The notes beneath the pieces are model-generated. The model was not told the origin of the DNA, did not search any database, and worked only from the letters and a program-made list of their open reading frames with translations. From NCBI RefSeq assembly GCF_007748075.1, contig NZ_CP036280.1, positions 540,001-572,000 of the forward strand: DNA of 32,000 nucleotides. Reading direction: 5' to 3'. Below, in pieces: positions 26,738-32,000 of this stretch. Position numbers and translations under genes: made by a program. The stretch's first letter is position 1. The number at the start of each line of letters is the position of its first letter. Source of the stretch: Mucisphaera calidilacus. GTDB taxonomy: Bacteria; Planctomycetota; Phycisphaerae; Phycisphaerales; Phycisphaeraceae.

Positions 26738-27945
26738 TGGCCGTCTATACCTACATCGCGACCGCACGCGACGGCAAGGCACCCGAGCTCCGTGGCACCA
26801 TCGTCGCCGACTCCCCCCGGCAGGCACGCGACCAGCTCCGCGAACGCGGGCTCTCCGTCCGCGACGTCGCCGAGGAACGCACCTCCGCACGCTCGGCGGT
26901 CGAACGCTTCCTCGCGGGACGACAACGCGACAAGGTCACCAGCCTCCTCCAGGAAATGTCCACGCTCCTCGCCGCAGGCATCCCGCTCCTTGAAACCCTC
27001 GAGACCATCGCCCGCCAGCACCAGGGACGCTTCAGGCAATCCATCCTCCTGCTCAACGACGCCATCGCCGCGGGCGGCAGCCTCGCTCAGGCCATGGCCC
27101 AGCAGCCCGAACTCTTCGACGAGCTCGCCCTGAGCGTCGTCGAGGTCGGCGAGAACGCCGGCACACTCGACAGCTCTCTCAAGCGGCTCGCCGAGTTCCG
27201 ACGCAAGGCATCACGCCTCAAGAACCGGGTCCTCTCGGCGATGCTCTACCCCGCCATCGTCGCGACCGTCGGCGTCCTCGTCAGCGTCTTTCTCATGACC
27301 TTCGTCGTCCCCCAGGTCCTCACCGTCCTCGAAGACAGCGGCAAAGACCTTCCCTTCGCCACCGTCATCGTCAAGGGCGCCAGCGACATCCTCCTTGGCT
27401 ACTGGTGGCTCATCCTCGCCGCCATCCTCGCCGCCATCCTCGCCGTCTCGGCCCTGCTGCGAACCGACCGCGGCGCCTACGCCTGGCACCGGTTCCAGCT
27501 CCGGGTCCCGATCCTCGGCGACCTGATCCGCAAGCAGTCCATCGCCCGCATGGCCATGGTGATGGCCACCCTCCTCAGCAGCGACGTCGTCTTCGTGCGC
27601 ACGCTCCAGATCACCCGCCGGATCGTCGGCAACCGCGTCCTCCGCGACGCCCTCGTCGCCGCAGAGCAAGCCGTTCTGTCCGGCCGCGACATCGCCGACG
27701 CCCTCGAAAAAACTGAGGCATTCCCCCCCTTGGTCGTCCAGATCTTTGCCGTCGGCCAGGCCTCGGGCAGACTGGAAGAAATGCTCGAAAGCCTCGCGGA
27801 GGACTACGATACCCAGGTGGATCTCACGGCCGATCGCCTGACCTCCATGCTCGAACCCGTCATGATGATCGCCCTCGCGATCACCGTCGGGTTCATCGCC
27901 TTCGCCGTCATCATGCCCATCCTTGAAGCCGGAAACGTCCTCTGA
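26737..27945 (+). CDS. gspF: Type II secretion inner-membrane platform protein GspF
   Basis: The ATG overlaps the gspE stop (TGATG). N-terminus MAVYTYIATARDGK...G.I.A.S...A...L...GL is typical of GspF/PilC. It has two repeated cytoplasmic domains and three TM segments. Confidence 0.9.
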   Translation: MAVYTYIATARDGKAPELRGTIVADSPRQARDQLRERGLSVRDVAEERTSARSAVERFLAGRQRDKVTSLLQEMSTLLAAGIPLLETLETIARQHQGRFRQSILLLNDAIAAGGSLAQAMAQQPELFDELALSVVEVGENAGTLDSSLKRLAEFRRKASRLKNRVLSAMLYPAIVATVGVLVSVFLMTFVVPQVLTVLEDSGKDLPFATVIVKGASDILLGYWWLILAAILAAILAVSALLRTDRGAYAWHRFQLRVPILGDLIRKQSIARMAMVMATLLSSDVVFVRTLQITRRIVGNRVLRDALVAAEQAVLSGRDIADALEKTEAFPPLVVQIFAVGQASGRLEEMLESLAEDYDTQVDLTADRLTSMLEPVMMIALAITVGFIAFAVIMPILEAGNVL

Positions 27946-27972
27946 ATCGTCCAGAGGCAGGAGACTGAAACG

Positions 27973-28371
27973 ATGCAAACCGCCCGCCTTCGCGCCTTCT
28001 CGCTCATCGAGGTCATGGTCGTGATCGTCATCATCGGCCTGCTCGCCGGGGCCGTCGCGCTCCAGGTCAGCGGCTACATGGACTCCGCCGAGATCAACCG
28101 CGCCAAGTCCGACATCGTCACCATCAGCGACGCGCTCGACCTCTACCGCCTGGAGAACAAGCGTTACCCCACCAACGAAGAAGGACTCGACGTCCTGCCG
28201 CTCAAGAACTTCAAAGACCCCTGGGGCAACCGCTATGAGTACAACAGCCCCGGGCCCGATGGCGAGCCCTACGAAGTCGTCAGCTACGGTGCCGACGGAC
28301 GCGAGGGCGGTGAGGGCACCGACGCCGACATCTACAGCTGGCAGGTCCGCGAGGCCGCGGAGGGCGGCTGA
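27973..28371 (+). CDS. gspG: Type II secretion major pseudopilin GspG
   Basis: The prepilin N-terminus is MQTARLRA|FSLIEVMVVIVIIGLLAG. The GspG-specific C-terminal signature is DPWGNRYEYNSPGPDGEPYEVVSYGADGREGGEGTDADIYSW. Confidence 0.9.
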   Translation: MQTARLRAFSLIEVMVVIVIIGLLAGAVALQVSGYMDSAEINRAKSDIVTISDALDLYRLENKRYPTNEEGLDVLPLKNFKDPWGNRYEYNSPGPDGEPYEVVSYGADGREGGEGTDADIYSWQVREAAEGG

Positions 28372-28374
28372 ACC

Positions 28375-28911
28375 ATGACCCGCAGGCAACACGCCTTTAC
28401 CCTCATCGAGGTCCTCGCCGTCATCGTTATCCTCGGCCTGCTCGCCGGCGCAACCGCATGGGCCATCGTCGCCGAGACACGAACCGTCACCCGCGACGAG
28501 GTCATCGACGTCCTCACCCGGACCGACCACACCGCCCGCCTGACCGCTCGCCGACTCGGACAGCCCTGCGAACTCCGCATCGACTACGAGCGGCAGAACC
28601 TCCGACGCGTCATGCTCCTGCCCGACGGCACCACCGAGCGGGCGCACCTCGTCACCCTGCCCGATAGCTGCCGGATCACCCCGATCCGTCTGCCCGCCGA
28701 ACGCACCCGCCCGCCATCAACCGATAAACAGGTCATCGCCTACGCCACCGACGGGCGCTCGCGCGACTTCGGCATCGAGGTGGCCGTCGAAGACGAGTCG
28801 CGTTGGCTCGTCGTCATCGGCATGACCGGCCAGACCCTGATCACCGACGATGAACAGCACGCCATCGACATCCTGCTCGCCGCCGACCCGGGCCGGCCTC
28901 ACGCTGATTGA
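28375..28911 (+). CDS. gspH: Minor pseudopilin, GspH-like by position
   Basis: Prepilin-type N-terminus MTRRQHA|FTLIEVLAVIVILGLLAG. It lies 3 nt after the gspG stop. The subtype is assigned only from gene order and size (178 aa). Confidence 0.6.
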   Translation: MTRRQHAFTLIEVLAVIVILGLLAGATAWAIVAETRTVTRDEVIDVLTRTDHTARLTARRLGQPCELRIDYERQNLRRVMLLPDGTTERAHLVTLPDSCRITPIRLPAERTRPPSTDKQVIAYATDGRSRDFGIEVAVEDESRWLVVIGMTGQTLITDDEQHAIDILLAADPGRPHAD

Positions 28912-29338
28912 GGTCGTCGCGGCGCTCGCGATCCTCGGCACCATCCTCGCCACCATGGTCATGGCCAAGAGCTATCACACGCGGCAGCTGGCCAACGCCG
29001 ACAAGCAGAGCAGGGCGGTCACGCTCACCGACAACCTCATCGCCGCGTGGTGGACCGACGAGAAGGGCATCCCCATCGGCGCGGCCGGCACGTTCCCCAC
29101 CGAGCCCGAGTTCATCTGGCAGACGCAGATCGTCCGCAACGACCCGGTCCAGGACCTCGGCGCACGGGTGGTGCGCATCATCGTCGCGGAGAAGTCCGAC
29201 ACCGACCTCGTGACCGAAGACGACGAGCGCGTGCGCATCGTCGTTGACCTCGTCGTGCCCGACCCCCGTGTCCGGCGGATCATGGAAGAGCACCGCAGAA
29301 ACGTCGAACAGGCACGCGCAGCAGGGGGGGCATCATGA
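28850..29338 (+). CDS. gspI: Minor pseudopilin, GspI-like by position
   Basis: The prepilin-type segment is TRAG|LTLIEVVAALAILGTILA. The only in-frame canonical start that preserves a leader is ATG 28850, which gives a 62-nt overlap with the upstream gene. The start is therefore uncertain. Confidence 0.55.
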   Translation: MNSTPSTSCSPPTRAGLTLIEVVAALAILGTILATMVMAKSYHTRQLANADKQSRAVTLTDNLIAAWWTDEKGIPIGAAGTFPTEPEFIWQTQIVRNDPVQDLGARVVRIIVAEKSDTDLVTEDDERVRIVVDLVVPDPRVRRIMEEHRRNVEQARAAGGAS

Positions 29339-29997
29339 CACGCTCCCACGGCTTCACACTCCTCGAACTCCTGCTCGCCACCTTCCTCATCACCGTCCTC
29401 ATGATGGCCGTCACCTCCGTGGTCACCAGCATCACCACGGTCCCGGGCGTCCAGAACGTCACCCTCGCCGACACCGACACGCGAGGCCTTGACAACATCG
29501 TCCCGCCTCACGAGCGATCGCTCATCGACCTGCTCCGCGCCGACCTGCTCCACGCCACCTCGGTGGTCGGCAGCAACCACGCCGTCACGCTCACCGGGCC
29601 GCTCGGGCGCTCGCCCCACGACCGCGGCCTCAACCACCAGCCCGCCGAAGTCACTTACTCCCTGCAGACGATCGAGCAACGCGCGGCCCTCGTGCGCACG
29701 CAACGCTCCGGACGCGCTCGCGACACCCGCACCGACCTTGTCGCCCTCGACATCACCTCTTTGACACTCAGCCCGATCGAGCGCCCCGGCACACCGGGAG
29801 TGATCGGCAACGAGCCGCTTCAGCCGATCCTGCTCCGGCCCGCCGGCCCGACACAGGTCATCACGACAGCCGCTGCGAACGACCGACAGGCACTGGAACG
29901 GGCCGCTCGCTACGTCGCCTGCCCAGCCTGGCAGGTCGCGATCACCACAACCACCAACCCGGGCGTGCCCGCACGCCACGTCATCACCCTCCGATGA
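29335..29997 (+). CDS. gspJ: Minor pseudopilin, GspJ-like by position
   Basis: Prepilin-type N-terminus MTRSHG|FTLLELLLATFLITVLMMAV. It overlaps the upstream gene by 4 nt (ATGA). 220 aa. Confidence 0.6.
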   Translation: MTRSHGFTLLELLLATFLITVLMMAVTSVVTSITTVPGVQNVTLADTDTRGLDNIVPPHERSLIDLLRADLLHATSVVGSNHAVTLTGPLGRSPHDRGLNHQPAEVTYSLQTIEQRAALVRTQRSGRARDTRTDLVALDITSLTLSPIERPGTPGVIGNEPLQPILLRPAGPTQVITTAAANDRQALERAARYVACPAWQVAITTTTNPGVPARHVITLR

Positions 29998-30929
29998 GCG
30001 AGGAACCCACGATCCGCCACCACCCCCACAACGCCGGATTCGCCCTCATCCTCGTGCTCGTGCTCGTCATGATCGCCGGCTCGCTGCTCTCCGCCTACGC
30101 GCACCACAGCGCGGTCACCGCCCTCGAGACCCGCGACGCCGCCGAGGCGCTCCAGCGACGATGGGCCACGATCTCCATGCGTGCCACCCTGCTCGAACGC
30201 GTCCACCCCGTGCTCCTCCGCGCCGAGGACCGCGGGCTCGACGGCCGACGCCTCGCCGACACCGACGCCCAACCCGTTGCCATACGCACCACGCGCGTCA
30301 CCCTCGCCGATCAGCCCTACACCCTCACCCTCTCCGACGAGCAGGCCAAGGTCGACGTCAGCGCCGTCGTCCGCGAGCAGGGCACACCCGCCGCCGAGCG
30401 ATGGGTCCGCCGCCTCCTCCGCCAGACGTCGGGCAGCAGAGCGAACGACCTGACCATCCACCTCCAGCCGATCGCCCTGATCGATGACGCCCAGGCCACC
30501 ACCATCCTCACCTTCGGACAAGTCTTCGACCGGGCCCGACCCGAACAGTTCCTCGCGCGCGGAACAGGCGGTCAACCCGCACCGGTCGACGCCATCACCT
30601 GCTGGAGCAGCGGGAAACTCAACTATCAGCGGGCCTCCGACGACGCCCTCCGCCTGATGTGCGAGCCGGTTCTCGGGATCGCACGCAGCCGACGACTCAT
30701 CGAGGCCCGCGACGAAGACCCCTTCCAGGACATGGAAGTCCTCCTGCGTCGTGCCGGCGCGACCGACCCCAAATCGAGCAAGGAGGTCCGGGCCGTCCTG
30801 ACCGAACGCTCGCGCTGCCACGGCCTCTGGATCACCGCGCACGGCACGCAGAGAGACTGGTACTCCGCCATAATAGGTATCGGCGACCCCGACCTCGGCA
30901 CCCTGCAGACACGCACCCTCGAGTGGTAA
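29994..30929 (+). CDS. gspK: Minor pseudopilin GspK-like
   Basis: The N-terminus HNAG|FALILVLVLVMIAGSLL lacks Glu5, as is typical of GspK. It has an LSDEQAKVDVS motif (GspK D-E-x-x-K-hN-hN type) and a helix-hairpin-like segment ARSRRLIEARDEDPFQDMEVLL. It overlaps the upstream gene by 4 nt. Confidence 0.65.
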   Translation: MSEEPTIRHHPHNAGFALILVLVLVMIAGSLLSAYAHHSAVTALETRDAAEALQRRWATISMRATLLERVHPVLLRAEDRGLDGRRLADTDAQPVAIRTTRVTLADQPYTLTLSDEQAKVDVSAVVREQGTPAAERWVRRLLRQTSGSRANDLTIHLQPIALIDDAQATTILTFGQVFDRARPEQFLARGTGGQPAPVDAITCWSSGKLNYQRASDDALRLMCEPVLGIARSRRLIEARDEDPFQDMEVLLRRAGATDPKSSKEVRAVLTERSRCHGLWITAHGTQRDWYSAIIGIGDPDLGTLQTRTLEW

Positions 30930-30931
30930 GC

Positions 30932-31444
30932 ATGAACCTACGCCAACGCAAGAACGCCATGGCCGGACTCGCGGGCTGCATCGCAGCAGCCGGTGTCGTC
31001 GTGCTCATCCTCGCGTTCACCCTCACCATCGAGCGCCCGCAGACCGACGTCGACCTCACCGACGCCGAAACCGGCGCAGCAGGCAGCGCCTCCCAGCCCA
31101 CCACCATCACCCGCGCCGGGCCGACGCTCAACGCGCTCCGGCAGGCCGCCGCCCTCGACCTCCGCCGCCCCCTCTACGACCCGTCCCCGCCGCCTCAGGT
31201 TCAGCGACCCACCACCACCCAACTCCCCGTCGAACTCGTCGCCACCATCGACGACGCGGACGCCTCGGTCGCCATCCTCCGCAAACGCGACGGCACCACC
31301 GAGATCGCCCTCGCCGGCGAGTCCATCACCACCCCCAACGGCACCATCACCGTCACCGCCGTCAAACAGCGGTCGGTCGAGATCAGCTTCCGCAACGCCA
31401 GCCACACGCTCACGCTGCCCGTCGAACCGGGGGGCACGCCATGA
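30932..31444 (+). CDS. Small bitopic inner-membrane protein, GspC/PilP-like (170 aa)
   Basis: ATG 30932 lies 2 nt after the gspK stop. The track's upstream extension from 30659 is Arg/Pro-rich and overlaps gspK. It has a TM segment LAGCIAAAGVVVLILAFTL and a Pro-rich linker PLYDPSPPPQVQRPTTT. The C-terminal beta-rich segment VELVATIDDADASVAILRKRDGTTEIALAGESITTPNGTITVTAVKQRSVEISF resembles HR/PilP-type domains. Confidence 0.45.
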   Translation: MNLRQRKNAMAGLAGCIAAAGVVVLILAFTLTIERPQTDVDLTDAETGAAGSASQPTTITRAGPTLNALRQAAALDLRRPLYDPSPPPQVQRPTTTQLPVELVATIDDADASVAILRKRDGTTEIALAGESITTPNGTITVTAVKQRSVEISFRNASHTLTLPVEPGGTP

Positions 31445-32000
31445 CCACCCCCGCCCCCGCACCCCAGCTGCTCTATCCCGACGCCACCGAGTGGCACTAC
31501 GTCACGACCGACGCCTCAGGCGAGCGGGTTCACGAGATCCTCGACGTCGACGTCGAATTCGCGCCCGCCCAGACCGTCGAACAACTCCTCGAACGCGTTC
31601 CCGACCTCGACACCGTCATCATCCTCCTCCGATCTCAGCGGTGCCTCGCCGCCTCGATCGCCACCAACGAGCTCGAACGCGGCCAGCGACGCAAGGCCCT
31701 CGCCTTCCGTCTCGAAGAACACCTCCCCATCGCCGCCGAGCAGGTCGTCGTCGACTTCATCGAGACGCAGGACCACGCACTCGGCGTCTGCACCGACCTC
31801 GAAACCCTCCAGCCCGTCGTCCGAGCCTTCGAACAACTCGGCATCCAGATCCCCCACATCCTGCCCGAGGCCATGCTCCTCGCCGCAGCCCTCCACAAGC
31901 AGCAGAACACCCTCGACGCCATCGCGGTCACCCACCCCGACGAGTCGCAACGCGCCGTCGACCTGATCGAACTCAGCACCGGCAAGCCCATCCACTGGCA
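31441..32000 (+). CDS. gspL: Type II secretion protein GspL-like (N-terminal cytoplasmic domain; truncated by the window end)
   Basis: Not in the ORF track because it is open-ended. I translated it from ATG 31441, which overlaps the upstream stop as ATGA. The pattern VIILLRSQRCLAASI...RRKALAFRLEEHLPIAAEQVVVDF...ALGVCTDLETLQPVVRAFEQLGIQIPHILPEAMLL mirrors the GspL N-terminal signature (LPYxLEExLaxdvexlHF ... vLPD.l.LP). Confidence 0.65.
   Translation, partial: MTTPAPAPQLLYPDATEWHYVTTDASGERVHEILDVDVEFAPAQTVEQLLERVPDLDTVIILLRSQRCLAASIATNELERGQRRKALAFRLEEHLPIAAEQVVVDFIETQDHALGVCTDLETLQPVVRAFEQLGIQIPHILPEAMLLAAALHKQQNTLDAIAVTHPDESQRAVDLIELSTGKPIHW

Noticed and set aside
14445-30842. Other long opposite-strand or off-frame ORFs: 14445..16031, 17454..19271, 19066..19719, 20623..21237, 21802..22551, 22677..23909, 22901..24733, 24156..25205, 25466..26890, 27211..28647, 28975..29979, 29910..30842
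   Set aside because: All have the G/V/D/A/E-rich or R/P-rich shadow composition. All overlap frames with clear family signatures (TBDT, ExbB, TonB, TPR, GspD/E/F, pseudopilins).
30659-30931. N-terminal extension of ORF 30659..31444 (261 aa)
   Set aside because: The extension is Arg/Pro-rich and lies entirely within gspK in another frame. ATG 30932, 2 nt after the gspK stop, yields a sensible bitopic protein. The track's GTG at 17505 for the TtpC-like gene was likewise replaced by ATG 17526, which has a proper RBS.
22908-32000. Interpreting the gsp block as a type IV pilus or Tad locus
   Set aside because: The major pseudopilin has the GspG-specific DPWGN.Y.Y...GADG..GG..DI.SW signature. The secretin has a GspD-type N0 start. 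The ATPase carries a GspE_N domain and the tetracysteine motif. GspK- and GspL-like genes follow in T2SS order. No PilT/PilM/N/O/P or Flp/TadZ signatures were seen.

Overview
Visibly high-GC chromosomal segment from a Gram-negative bacterium. PEP-CTERM sorting, many prepilin-type N-termini and strongly C-ending codons fit a Planctomycetota/Verrucomicrobiota-like lineage, but I cannot prove the taxon. All calls come from reading the ORF translations and the DNA by eye; no searches were run. I saw no rRNA, tRNA, CRISPR array, IS or phage genes. The window has three blocks. (1) 1-7471 holds ordinary carbohydrate and central-metabolism genes: a 1204-aa exported protein of unknown function, a GH13 alpha-amylase-family enzyme, glycerate kinase, and a YghZ/Gpr-type aldo-keto reductase. 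(2) 7472-8225 is an unusually long, AT-richer non-coding region. It is followed at 8226-12061 by a three-gene operon of exported proteins of unknown function, one with a PEP-CTERM anchor, closed by a strong intrinsic terminator at 12114-12150. (3) 12184 to the window end is one co-directional, tightly packed and often overlapping gene array. In order it encodes an exported helical-repeat protein, a CarboxypepD_reg-type (Oar-like) TonB-dependent transporter, and a seven-gene TonB2/Ttp-like energiser. The energiser consists of DUF3450, a long TtpC-like ExbB, ExbB, two ExbD, TonB and a TPR lipoprotein. A type II secretion system follows with no visible terminator: gspD-E-F-G, four minor pseudopilins, a small GspC/PilP-like gene, and gspL cut by the window end. 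The most interesting candidate is this physical and probably transcriptional fusion of exported unknown proteins, an Oar-type transporter, a Ttp-type TonB motor and a T2SS. It may be a coupled secretion/capture/uptake module. That is a hypothesis, not a demonstrated system. Most other long ORFs in the track are high-GC shadow ORFs.
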